Assembly (NCBI GenBank): GCA_043228905.1
Contig: JBHGNT010000004.1
Coordinates: 16,988,001 to 17,052,000, forward strand
Length of the DNA stretch: 64,000 nucleotides
DNA from: Azolla caroliniana
Taxonomy: Eukaryota; Plantae; Polypodiophyta
Reading direction: 5' to 3'
Shown: in pieces, positions 25,278 to 39,000 of the stretch
How positions within the stretch are numbered: position 1 is the stretch's first letter
How the letters are laid out: each line of letters begins with the position of its first letter
Made by a program: the position numbers and the translations under genes
Notes under the pieces: generated by a model
What the model saw: the letters and a program-made list of their open reading frames with translations, nothing else
Told to the model about the DNA's origin: nothing
The model's database searches: none

Positions 25278-26692
25278 GAAAAAGTTGTGTATATTATGCC
25301 ATTCCTCCACCCATATTGTACACATTTCATCATTTGTTCTTAGATTGAGCACGCTTTGGATCTACTCAATAAAGTTAATCCAATGTTACATCAAAAGGTT
25401 GAAAATACTTGCAAAGTGGTTGTCTCATGATGCCTTTTGTTGCCCTTCAACCCTAACATAACAATGGTGGACTTTTGGAACTTCTTCAACCTCCACGAAT
25501 GAATAAACTAGTTAAGAATGGGGATCTTTGTGGCAAGTTTCTCCTACCATGGTTATTGCTCCTCTCCGACTATTGTAATTTGGTAAAAGATGGTCATATG
25601 GTGTATCCGATGTATTGGTTGCATATGCAATAAGCTATGTCCCTTGTTGTGGTCGTTGTAATGTGTTTTAGTTTGTGTTTATGGGTTTCCAAAATTAAAT
25701 TAAGGCTATTTTCAATCGATTACAATAATCTCTTTACTAAATTTAATGCATCATGAATCACAATACTCTCTCTCAGTATACTTGATCAAGTAGATCCTAA
25801 GCCTTTGAGCTAACAAGTTTGGATCACAATACCTTTCAAACAAGAAAAAAACTATTGTATTTCAAACCTTATAGTGCCTATGGCGATGATAAGTTATTCT
25901 CGATACTGACAAAATCAATGTTTAATTTGTTCGGTGAATATACAAACTTGTATCCTAATATTGGAATATTGCTTGAATGATAATGAGGAAGCTTCAATCC
26001 ATGGGCTTTCCAATGACGAAATCACAATATTGTTGGTAGCTTCATCATGCCAAAATTGTGTGAAACATATGTGTAGACATTCAAATATACATGTCAAGGT
26101 CGTTATTGCCACAACGCAATGCCCATACGTTAATATTCCATGTCATTTTAACCTAATTAAACCTTGGGTGTGCCTTCACCTATCTAAATGATAACCAAAT
26201 CAAGGAACTCCCCATCAAATTGGAGGTCCGTTTTTTGTTGTGGACGTTTCGCAGTAGGATGGGCATTGCAAGGACCGATCATGATCATTATGTGTGTGAG
26301 GCCCCGGATGGGATGGGATGGGATGGGTGTGTGTCATAAAGAGTTATACAGTATAGTATGTATAACAACAATATCATAGGATATGTTTGAAATGGAGCTC
26401 AAGTATCTAAACCCACTCATCATCACATGGAGCAGGAATGGCAGTGCCCAACACCTGCTGAAAGCATCTCACAACCCAATCCCAACATTCAAAAGGTGAG
26501 ATGCATTACCTTCCCGAGGTAAGACACCCGTACTATGGGTTCAAGTTAGAGAGAGAGAGAGAGGAGAGAGATATGGGTTTCAATTGTGACGAATTAGGGT
26601 TTAGGGTTTTCCTGCACGGGAGAAATCAGGGTTGAGTTTTTCCAGAGGCGAAATCTCTTAAGGGGAGATAGATGGATTGATTCTATTATCGT

Positions 26693-26748
<56 letters not shown>

Positions 26749-27050
26749 CTAAATGTCATATTAACGTCTTCCAAAAGACCATAATGATATGATATATGGG
26801 ACCAAAGTTACAACTATAATGATATACAATGTATGATACCAATGTCAATTTATAGGCCATAGAAAAGAAAACAATTGTGCAAATTTTAGAGCTGGAGAAA
26901 AGTTGATTACCAACTCTAGGGGTAGACGCATCAAATTTGCAATATGACTATGAAAGAGAGAGATTTAGGGGGGCATATTATTCATATGGGAGTTTGTGTC
27001 TGGTCTACAGAAGGCATCTTTTCCAGAAGTTGCTCATCGATAGAGCATCA

Positions 27051-30000
27051 ATGGCATCAGTTGAGTTAGCAGAAGAGGGCTCATGTTGGAAAACGATCGA
27101 TAGTCATCTACATGTTTGGGCACCTCCAGAACAGGTAAATTCTCGCTGTTTCCATCTTTAAAATCAAGGTGAAATAAGGCTTCCCAAATGATTGGTGAGA
27201 AAGAAAGAAAGAAGAAATAAAGATGTATTAAGGTATTTGAAGAAACCAAAATGGTCTCTAAACCGAATAAGAAATTAAATAAATGTATCTAAAAATGTTG
27301 TCTTGTCTTTGAGAACAATAGACTAAAGTAAGTGTAACTAAATAAAAAGTGAATGATAATAGAAGTTGCTAAAGAAACTCATTATCTATACATGGAAGAT
27401 TCTCAAGTCAGATAGATTGTAATTTATGTCTTCAAAATATCTTCATCATGGATCGATTGAGAATGGAGAGATTTCTAAAGTGAGGGAAGCACCTATAATG
27501 ATGGTGTCGAGAAACATTTACTTCATAAATAGAAATTCTAATAAATGAACAACTGTTTGACTTGAAGATGGTTTGGCGCTATAGGGTCAAAGGTTCAAAT
27601 GTCGAATGTGTGGTACAAGCAATTCTGCCAAGGGTCAAAGGTTCAAATGTCAAATGTGTTATCTTTCTAAAGCACCAAGGACTGCATATCCACGAGAAAG
27701 TTGAGCACAGGCAGCTTCCCATAAGGAGAACTGAAATCCTATGAATGTAACTATTAGGTATGGTAGGATTGTGTGTATGCCACCTTTTTATCTCCCAAGA
27801 GGAATTTTGGTTCTGATCTTGTTGCCCATGCGTGAGTGGTGTTAAACATCATCACTATAGTTTTATGAAGGTTTACTGACAAAGCTTTGTCCATACAAAA
27901 TGATTTTAAAGCAATCAGCACAATATCATCAACATATAATTATATTTTTATGGCTATGCTTGATAAGCATGCTCCGGAACCACTAAACTTCTCAATGTAA
28001 TGTGATACCTCATCTATATATAAAGAGAAGAGAGTGAGTAATAGGTAGCATGCTTGTTTTCTTCCAATTGTGCTAGCCACAACCTCTGAAAACTCATCGG
28101 AAGATCACAGTTTTCCTGACACAGATTCACAGATTCATAGATTCTCCACCATATCTATGGGGACACCTAGGGTTTATAGCCAATGCATGAGTTAAACACG
28201 CAGTACATACAATGTTGAAGGCTTTGTGGAAATCCACAAAGAAGAAATAAATCCACTTTTTTGGGGCTTATGGAGAAAATAGAAAGAAAGATATATTAAC
28301 GCCTTTTAAGAGTCCAAAATGTCCTATAAGACCAGACAAGACTTTACATCTTAAAATTTTGTCTTGTCTTTGAGAACAAACCAAAATAAATATAAGTAAA
28401 AAAGTAAATAAAAATATGAGTCACTAAATTTTCCCATTATCTATACATATAAGCTTCTCAAGTAAATTATCTGAAGTGACGGAAGCACCTACCATGGTAG
28501 GAGATGAAGGCCTTTATCTATTGATGAGAAGGGTTGTGAGATATGATACATGAGATTGGGGCCTACGTACACAACAAATTGCTATTCCCCAATCTATTGT
28601 AATCCCATTGCAATGTCTTGGTTGGGAACCCACTAATGTAGCCATTGATTGACTTGTACCATGAGTGAGAGTGATGGGGCTAAAGAAAGTTGTGATTGTT
28701 CTTTGTTGATGAGCGTCCGTGGTTGGATTGCTGTCTAACAATTTCCTCCTATGTCTCTTGAGAAAGAAAGAAAGATATACTAATGCCTTTTAAGAGGCCA
28801 AAATGGCCTATAAGACCAAACAAGAGATTACATCTTAAATGTTGTCTCTTCTTTGAGAACAACAAAGTAGAATAAATGAGACTGGGACCTATGTACACAC
28901 CAAATTGCTATTCCCCAATCTATTGTAACCCCATTGCAATGTCCTGGTTGGGAACCCACTAATGTAGCCATAGATTGACTTGTACCATGAGTGAGAGTAA
29001 TGGGGCTAAAGAAAGTTGTGATTGTTGTTTGTTGATGAGCGTCTGTGGTTGGATTGCTGTCTAACAATTTCCTCCTATGTCTCTTGAGAAAGAAAGAAAG
29101 ATATACTAATGCCTTTTAAGAAGGCCAAAATGGTCTATAAGACCAAACAAGAGATTACATCTTAAATGTTGTCTCTTCTTTTAGAACAACAAACCAGAAT
29201 AAATGAGACTGGGGCCTACGTACACAACCAATTTCTATTCCCCAATCTATTGTAACCCCATTGCAATGTCTTGGTTGGGAACCCACTAATGTAGCCATTG
29301 ATTGACTTGTACCATGAGTGAGAGTGATGGGGCTAAAGAAAGTTGTGATTGTTGTTTGTTGATGAGCGTCCGTGGTTGGATTGCTGTCTAACAATTTCAA
29401 CCTATGTCTCTTGAGAAAGAAAGAAAGATATACTAATGCCTCCTAAGAGGCCAAAATGGTCTATAAGACCAAACAAGAGATTACATCTTAAATGTTGTCT
29501 CTTCTTTTAGAACAACAAACCAGAATAAATGAGAATGGGGCCTACGTACACAACAAATTGCTATTCCCCAATCTATTGTAACCCCATTGCAATGTCTTGG
29601 TTGGGAACCCACTAATGTAGCCATTGATTGACTTGTACCATGAGTGAGAGTGATGGGGCTAAAGAAAGTTGTGATTGTTCTTTGTTGATGAGCGTTTGTG
29701 GTTGGATTGCTGTTTAACAATTTCCCCCTATGTCTCTTGAGAAAGAAAGAAAGATATACTAATGCCTATTAAGAGGCCAAAATGGCCTATAAGACCAAAC
29801 AAGAGATTACATCTTAAATGTTGTCTCTTCTTTTAGAACAACAAACCAGAATAAATGAGACTGGGATCTATGTACACACCAAATTGCTATTCCCCAATCT
29901 ATTGTAACCCCATTGCAATGTCTTGGTTGGGAACCCACTAATGTAGCCATAGATTGACTTGTACCATGAGTGAGAGTGATGGGGCAAAAGAAAGTTGTGA

Positions 30001-33000
30001 TTGTTGTTTGTTGATGAGCGTCTGTGGTTGGATTGCTGTCTAACAATTTCCTCCTATGTCTCTTGAGAAAGAAAGAAAGATATACTAATGCCTTTTAAGA
30101 GGCCAAAATGGTCTATAAGACCAAACAAGAGATTACATCTTAAATGTTGTCTCTTCTTTTAGAACAACAAACCAGAATAAATGAGAATGGGGCCTACGTA
30201 CACAACAAATTGCTATTCCCCAATCTATTGTAACCCCATTGCAATGTCTTGGTTGGGAACCCACTAATGTAGCCATTGATTGACTTGTACCATGAGTGAG
30301 AGTGATGGGGCTAAATAAAGTTGTGATTGTTGTTTGTTGATGAGCGTCTGTGGTTGGATTGCTGTTTAACAATTTCCCCCTATGTCTCTTGAGAAAGAAA
30401 GAAAGATATACTAATGCCTCTTAACAAGAGATTACATCATAAATGTTGTCTCTTCTTTGAGAACAACAAACCAGAATAAATTTTCTAAGTAAAAAGCTTA
30501 AATAAAATAAAAAGAGAAAAGAATCTTGTTATTGGTACATGTAAGATTCTCAAGTAAGATATATTATAATTTTTGTCTTTGAAAGATCTCTAGCATAGGT
30601 CAATAAAAAATGGAGAGGTCTCGGAAGTGTGGGAAGTACTTACCATGGTAGGACATAATGACCTTTTTCTATCGATGAAAAGGGTGGTGAGATCTGGTCC
30701 ATGAGGCTAGGGCCTACTTGCATGGCAAATTGCTATTGCCCGATCTATTGTAACCCTTTTGTTATGGCCTGGTTGGGAGCCCATTTGTGTAGCCCGTGAT
30801 TGACTTCTAGCCATAGTTTCTAATATCCGCATACGTCCAATATAGTAGACGTATACGAACGTTTGTATATGTTCGTGTATAGGACATGATATTCGCATAC
30901 GTCCAATATAGTAGACGTATATGAATGTTTGTATATGTTCGTGTAGTGTAAGGGCTCTACGAGCATTACTACTCATATTGGTAATGAGATAAGGTTGGAT
31001 GCGATCAATAGACATTCTTGCTTTATATTGAGACCAACATTCAGGGTTGACATTTGCAATGTAGTATTCTAGCTTTGTCCTCTTAGCATCCTCCCACTTC
31101 ATCCTTAATGATTCCACCGACCTTTCCTCAATCATTACATACTGCATAGCATTGCTTGAAAGCTCTAAAAGGTCATCCACACCCCATCTTCTAAACCATT
31201 TCCTCATGTCAACAACCCAACTAGATGAGAGAATCTTACTTTTATGATTTTTTTGTAACTTATATCCAAGATGTGGTAATCGATGATTCGACATATTCTT
31301 GACTTTTGTAATGTATTTATATACTCTTTGGAGTGCCAATAGTTCTATGGGTCGAACACCCGTTTCCAAGAGCGTAACCTGGTAAGAGGTAGTGCATTTA
31401 ACTCCTAATTGCCTCAAAAACATCTTTTGAATTTTCTCAATCTCGTTCCATGCATTAAGAGAGATGGTGCCACCCCATACTTCTACTCCATAAAGCAATA
31501 CTTGAGTTACCATGGCATTGAAACTGAGGAGGCCGTGCGAACGACGAAACGAATAGGGCGCGCGACCTCCACCCGTGGTCCTCTAGCCTCGCACTCGCCC
31601 TCAACTTCGCAACCTCATCCTCAAGGCGCACGACCTCCACTTGTGGAACTTTGGATGTTACTTTCCTAGTTTTCAATGAATTTATGGTCTTGCCCTTTGT
31701 CTATAAAAATGTTGTTTATTTTTTATTTTTTAGAATAATAAATATAAATATAGATGAATGGATTTCAATCATACTTGGAGCCATTTAACGTATGAGTATG
31801 ATACAAATATTCACGTATGAGTATGGCACGAATGGGAAGTATGGCTAGAACTATGCTTGTACCATGAGTAGGAGTGATGGGGCTAAGAAAGTTGTGATTG
31901 TAATTTGTTGAGCTTGTGTGGATGTATTCTTGTCCTTCAACAACTTTTCCTTGTGTCTCTTGAGTTGTAACAAGAAAAGTCCCAAACATCGTTGGTCTTC
32001 TTATTCTTTTACATTGTATAGTGGGCCAAAGGATTTCTTAAAGTGGTATCTCCCTCTTATTTCATAATAAAACTACATTAACAAACATAATGCTCTTCAG
32101 ATTCCACCCCCTGATGATGCAATTGGCAAAATAATTCTTCTAGAGGTATTCACACATATCAGCCTACCTGAATCTCTAACTAATGTGATGAAGTTCGCAG
32201 CTGCCCTATCACATTACGCAACACATATAATAGATGTATGTCCAGATAAGATGGTTTGATGATGAATTCATCCTATGATGTGTGTAAAATGTGTACTTAC
32301 ATTGGGCCATCTTCCTACCAAGTGATATTTTGGGGGATAGGCATGTTATCTTGTTTTCCATGCTACTATTATCAGTTGGGATCTCCCTATCCTTTTCCAA
32401 TTTGGTCATGTTTAGATGGCGACAATCCAAGCTATATTGGAATAGGGGTAGTGCATTTATGCTTATGCCACGTGACTTGAACCAATGTTACATGTCAGCA
32501 TACCAACAATGTCTCCATGTTCAACAAGTTGTTTTGAGGACATAAGTGCCACCTTGAATACCTTCATTTAGAGAGCTCCCAAAGCTGTTGGATACAAGTT
32601 ACTGATGGAATAATGCATCAGTGATTATAGGGGCTGCTCTCATCTTTGTGCGGATTATATCATGGGGCATCGATGCTTTGCTCCTTATCATGCAGGCAAT
32701 CATTGAAACTAAAGGTCTCTTCAAATCTTTCCAATTATTTTCCTTGTTAAGACTTGGTCCCCACGTTTCTACTCCATAGAGAAGAGTTGGTGTCACAAGT
32801 GTATCAAATAGCCACAATTTAGTTCATGGCTCTAGGAACTGCAACTGCAAATATGCACATTGTCTTCCAAGAGCACTAAGGGTTGTATATCCATGAGAAA
32901 GTCGGCCATGAGCAGCCTCCCCTAAGGAGAAGCTAGGCCCTGTGGGTGTTACTTTAGGTATGTGTAGGGGCGTGTGTATGCCACCTTTTCCTCTCCCAAG

Positions 33001-36000
33001 AAGAATTCCGGTTCTGATCTTGTTACCCATGCTTTAGTGGCGTTAAACACCATCACTTTTGTCTGTACAAAATACTTTTAAGGCATTAGATGTCTTTGTA
33101 GTCCCTACTAAGAGTCGGAAACCAGCACAATATCATCAGCATATAGTAATATTTGTATGGCTATACCCGCTAGGCATGCTTCTGAACCCCTAAATCTCTC
33201 TATGTAATGTGATACTTCATCTACATAGAGACCAAAGAGAGTGGGTAATAGTGGGCATCCTTGTTTAATAAAGAATAAAATAATTTCATGGATGACAACG
33301 ACAATGATGGCCAACATGACCCGTGGCACCAACAAATGTTGCAAAGCTCACTCCACAACCATGTAACTATGAGTTGTATTCAAGTTTGGTGATACTAGGA
33401 TAAATGTGAAGGATCAACGTTTACACCATATGCAAGTTTTCTACTAATAGGAAATAATTTTAAATATAAAGGGTCAATGCCTGTGCAATATTTAATACTT
33501 TTCTTTATGTTTAATATCAGGCAAATGTCTTTCCATATTTCCCTGGGCAGGAGCCAACAGTTCCCGGAAGTGTTGAGGTTTTACTGGAGGTAATTTGCAT
33601 GTTTTTTGGATCGTGCTAAAGATAAGCTGAAAATTTGAGCCAAAAGTTTGTGTTTAATAAGCTGAAAATGTTGATATGGAAATTTTCATGAAAATTCCAA
33701 GAAAGGACTGCATATGATAAACACCATAATTCTCAGAAATACATTAAAAAATGACCTAAGTAGATATCTACTTTTTTTGGTAACTGATTTTACTCATAGT
33801 TGGTCAACATAATTCCACCCTATTGGAATAAATTATAACCTATGCGGTGCCGTTTGACTTTAATGAGCAGAACTTCCTGACTCTTTACATATTTGAGCTC
33901 ACTCCATTGTTTAGAGAAAAGTGAACTTAGTCATTATTTGTCACGATGATCCATTCCAATGGAATAAGTTATACCCAATGAGGTGCTATTTGACTTGGAT
34001 GGACAGATTTTCTGGCCATAAAATGGTATACATTGGCTAATTGACAAATAGTTAATGCAAGCAAGCTATACTTCGAAGCAAATCCGTGTCTAAACTTAGA
34101 CAATGAAGTTAACTTTGTTGAATGGGATGTTTTGCATATGTATCAAATATTGATAGCCCGATATTCAATCAAGAGGTGAATCACTTTTTTCATTGGTTTT
34201 TCAGTTGGATCGATGACTATCTGAACACATTCTTGGGAGGTCTCACATAGGCCATAGGTTTTTCGTTGGAACACTAATTTTGCTACCTATGTAGTAATCA
34301 GTGGATGGTTGGAAAATAATCGTATTTAAAGTAAGAGATGTTGTATTAACTGATATTAATCCACTCAAATTCCCTAAGAGAGCCCAGAATATAAATATCC
34401 AGAAGTGCATACACATCTCTATCAATCAAGAGAGAAAATAATGTGAGATATGATAAGAATATACAATGATGTAAGCTGCAATTATTTTTGAGCCAAATAA
34501 GGGCTAGCATGTCTATAATGTGATGTGAGATATCTCTTTAAATGATGTGAGATATGATAAGCAGTTACAATGATGTAAGCTGCAACTACTTTTGAGCCAA
34601 ATAAGAGCTAGCATATCTATAACATGATGAAGATCCTCTTATCAGGGATAGTCTTGTAAAGGGTGATTGGCCTAGATCTTTCTGAAACATTTTCATTTGA
34701 ATCTCCATCAAGGCTATGGACCATCTAATATGATAATGTTGCTTATTCTAAAGAGTTGTATCTCCATAAATTAGTAATGCACTTTTTAATAGAATGCATA
34801 TGAAATATCCAGGTGATGAAAGAAAGTTGTGTGGATGGAGCCTTAATTGTGCAGCCCATCAATCACAAGTTTGACCATTCTTATGTTACAAGGTATTCTT
34901 GATTCAAAATTAGAATACCATCTTTTATTTTTATTTTGATTAAGACTATTGAGAATGTCTAATTTGTTAATCTAAGATATTTTTGAAAACCTTCTGGGTC
35001 TTTTTTTGGCTTCTATACTGGTTCAATGTAGTGTTCTGAAGAGATATCCTGGTAAATTTGTTGGGTGCTGTCTTGCCAATCCAGCAGAAGGAGGTGATGG
35101 CATTCTTGAAATGGAACAATTGGTGACTAAAGTAAGATTTTGTTTAGTCTTTTCAGTCATCCTCAGCTAGTGCAGTTGTTTTCTTCTGGCACTGGTGGTG
35201 CTTTTCTATTGCTACGGGTGCAAGTCTTCCACTGCTCATATGCAATGAAGCAGAATAACTCATAAGGCATGATCTATTCTGGATTCAACCATAGAAAGAA
35301 AGAAAGAAAGAAAGATATATTAACGTCTTTTAAGAGGCCAAAATGGCCTATAAGACCGAATAAGAGATTACATCTTAAATGTTTTCTCGTCTTTGAGAAC
35401 AAATCAAAATAAAGTAAATATTACACAGTAAATATAAAAGTAAATAAGATGAAAAGAAAAGAGACGAGAGAATCTGGTTTTTGGCCCATGCGAGATTCTC
35501 AAGTTAGGTGTATTGTAGCTTTTGTCTCCGAAAGATCTCTATCATAGGTCGATCCAGAATGGAAATGTCTCCGAAGCGAGGGAAGCACCTACGATGGCGG
35601 GAGATAATGGCTTTTATTTGTCGATGACAAGGGTGTCGAGGTCGTGGTCTATGGGGCCGGGGCCTACGTGCACGGCAAATTGCCATTGCCCGATCAATCG
35701 TAACCCCTTTGTTATATCCTGGTCTGGATCCCATTTCTGTATCTTGGGGTTGACTTCTAGCATTAGGAGTGATGGAGCTAAAGAAAGTTGTGATTGTTCT
35801 TTGTGGATGAGCTTGTGTGGCTGTATTCTTCAACAACTTTTCCCGATGTCTCTTGAGCTCGAGCAAGAAAAGTCCTAGGCATCTTTGGTCCTCATATTCC
35901 ATTACCTTGCGTAGTGGGCCAAAGCCTTGTTTAAAGAGGCAATGGTATCTCCCTCTGATTTCATAAAAGACACTACAATGACAAACATAGTGTTCTTCGG

Positions 36001-39000
36001 ATTCCACTCCTTGATGACACAATTGGCAAATTCTCTCTTCTAGAGGTAGTCGTGTATATCTGCCCACCTCAATCTGTAGCTGATGTGATGAGGTTCGCAT
36101 CTGCCCTATCACACTACGCAACGCATAGGATAGATGTATGTCCATATAAGGTGGCCTTATGACAAATCCATCCTCCGATGTATGTAAGAAGTGTGTCTTA
36201 TAGTGGGCCATCTTTGTACCAAGTGCTATTTTGGGGCTGATCCATGTTATCTTGTTTTCTAAGTTAATAATATCAGTTCGGATCACTCTATTCTTTTCCA
36301 CTTTGGTCATATTGAGATGGGGACAGTCCAAGCTATATTGGAACAGGGGTAGTGCATTTATACTCATGCCATGTGACTCGAACCATTGCTGCATTTTAGC
36401 ATACCAACAGTGAGTGTCTGCATTTTCAGCCAATTGTCTTGATGACATAATTGCCAACCTTGGGTACCTTCGTTTAGGGAGCTCCCAAAGACGTTGGATA
36501 AATGTCACTGATCGGAACAATGCCTCGGTTATTATAGGTGCTGCTCCCATCTCTGCCCGGATTATATAGTGGGGCACCGATGCTTTGCTCCTTATCATGC
36601 GAGCAATCATTGACACTAAAGGTCTCTCTAAATCTTTCCAATGATTTGCCTTGTTAAGACTCAGTCCCCATGTCTCTACTCCATAGAGAAGAGTTGGTGT
36701 GACAAGTGTATCAAATAACCACAGCTTAGTCCGTGGCTCTTGGAACTGCAAATGTGCACATTGTCTTTCGAGAGCACCCAGGGCTGCATATCCACGAGAA
36801 AGTCGGGCACAAGCGGCCTCCTGTAAGGAGAACCTAGGTCCTGTAAATGTTACTCCTAGGTATGTGTAGGAGCGTGTGTATTCCACCTTTTCCTCTCCCA
36901 AGAAGAATTATGGTTCTGATCTTGTTACCAATGCTTGGGTGTTGTTAAACACCATCACTTTAGTTTTATTCATGTTGATTGATAAACCTTTGTCCGTACA
37001 AAAATAGTTTTAAGGCATTTAGATGTCTTTGTAGTCCCTCCGGAGAGTCAGAGATCAGCACAATATCATCAGCATATAGTAATATATGTATAGCTATACC
37101 TGCTAGGTGTGCTCCGGAACCACCAAATCTCTCTATGTACTGTGATACCTCATCTATATAGAGACCGAAGAGTGTGGGGGATAGTGGGCATCCTTGCTTA
37201 GAAAGAAATAAAGAAAGAAGAAAGATATATATTAACGTCTTTTAAGAGGCCAAAATGGCCTATAAGACCAAACAAGAGATTACATCTTAAGTGTTGTCTC
37301 GTCTTTGAGAACAACAAATCAACAAATCAAAATAAAATAAATATTACTCCGTAAATATAAAAGTAAATAAGATAAAAAGAGACGAGGGAAACTGGTTTTC
37401 GGCACATCTGAGATTCTCAAGATATTTTAATGTCTTTTAAGAGGCCAAAGACCAAACAAGAGATTACATCTTAAGTGTTGTCTCATCTTTGAACCAACTA
37501 GAGAAGGAACTGGACATGCTTGCACTTTGAAGAATTTGAGTGTCATGTTTGCTTTATCCACCTCTGGCCAAAGTTATACAGACATGAATGACTGAACACA
37601 TTGAATCATTTCAAAGTATGAATCTGTCTTATTGTTGTAATATGTTAAGCTGTGCATTTCAAGTTATATATAATCTTTAACTACTTTTCATGTATAAAGA
37701 AGCTGTTCCTCTTATTACAGGAGGGTTATCGGGCCGTACGCTTTAATCCATATCTATGGCCATCTGATCAGAAGGTATCTGTTAATTGCCATTTATGGCT
37801 TTATTTTGGTAAAACAAAATTGTACCATCTGGCTGACAAATAGAACCACCTATATAAATTTATATAGATGACAAATGAAGTGGGAAAGGCACTCTTTGCG
37901 AAGGCAGGACAGCTTGGGATCCCAGTTGGTTTTATGTGTTTTAAGGTAAATGAGCTACTTTTATTTTATTTTATCTAAGCAAAGGGAGTTCCTAACCCTC
38001 ATATATCAGATGTTAAGCTCAGTATGTAGATGGATAGTTCATTGGGAATGTCAGGGTACATTAGGAAGGAAACACGTGGTTGCAGTTATTGGAGTTTAAC
38101 AAACTCTCAGTTATCTTGTATAAAGCCCTGAATTGAGTGGGGTTCATTGATGATTTATTGATCATATGTCATCATCTTCCAAGCACATTATCAAGTCTAT
38201 GATGGGCTAGGGATCATAGGTGTATGTTCTTAGCAAACCTTTATTAAGGATTTTATGCAACTTCTATAGTTTTTTCTTGACAAACTCTCAGTTATCTTGT
38301 GTGAAGACATTGATTGAGTGGGGTGCACTGATGAGCTATTGATCATGTCTTCATCTTCCAAGCACTTTATCAAGTTTATGATGGGCAAGTGATCATAGGT
38401 GTATGTTCTTAGCTAACCTTCATTAAGGATTTTATGAAGTTCAATTTTCTACAGCTCAAATTTTTTAGTGACAAATAACAATCACACTGTTACTTGTATT
38501 ATCACTAATTTCTATTATCTTCATTTCCCAGGGTCTTCTCTTACATATTGCAGAAATTGAACAACTCTGTTCTGAATTTCCTGAAACAACTGTCCTCATT
38601 GATCATTTTGGATTTTGCAAGCCGCCCAAGTATGGTACTTTTTTCAATTCATGAATGCCATCTATGTCATTAAGCCAATTCTATTTTGGAGTAGGGTGCA
38701 GACCTTGGGGTTGAATAATACTTTGCTCTTATTTTTACCCAAAAATTCAGAATGTATGTCACCTCATTCCTCTATTGCTTCTGAGGGAAATCAATGATCA
38801 AAGAGCTACAACTAGATACCATCTTAAATTTCTATTTGATTTACGAAAGATACTCAATAAGTTATTTGTCACGGCCCTCTAGTTGTGGAACTGCATATCT
38901 GCAACATTGTCTTTCAAGGGCACCAAGAGTTGCATATCCACGAGGAAATCAAACACAGACAGCCCTTGTAGGAAGAACCAATTCTCTGTGAATGTTATTC

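Noticed and set aside
25915-26191. Short ORFs on both strands
   Set aside because: No recognisable motifs or supported splice structure.
26464-26504. GCATCTCAC...GTGAGATGC hairpin as a miRNA precursor
   Set aside because: The stem is only 9 bp, far too short for a plant pre-miRNA.
28514-30372. Six near-identical ~79-aa ORFs as a tandem peptide gene cluster or CRISPR-like array
   Set aside because: They have non-ATG starts and are LINE ORF2 C-terminus read into 3'UTR. The units are similar along their whole length, with no unique spacers and no cas genes.
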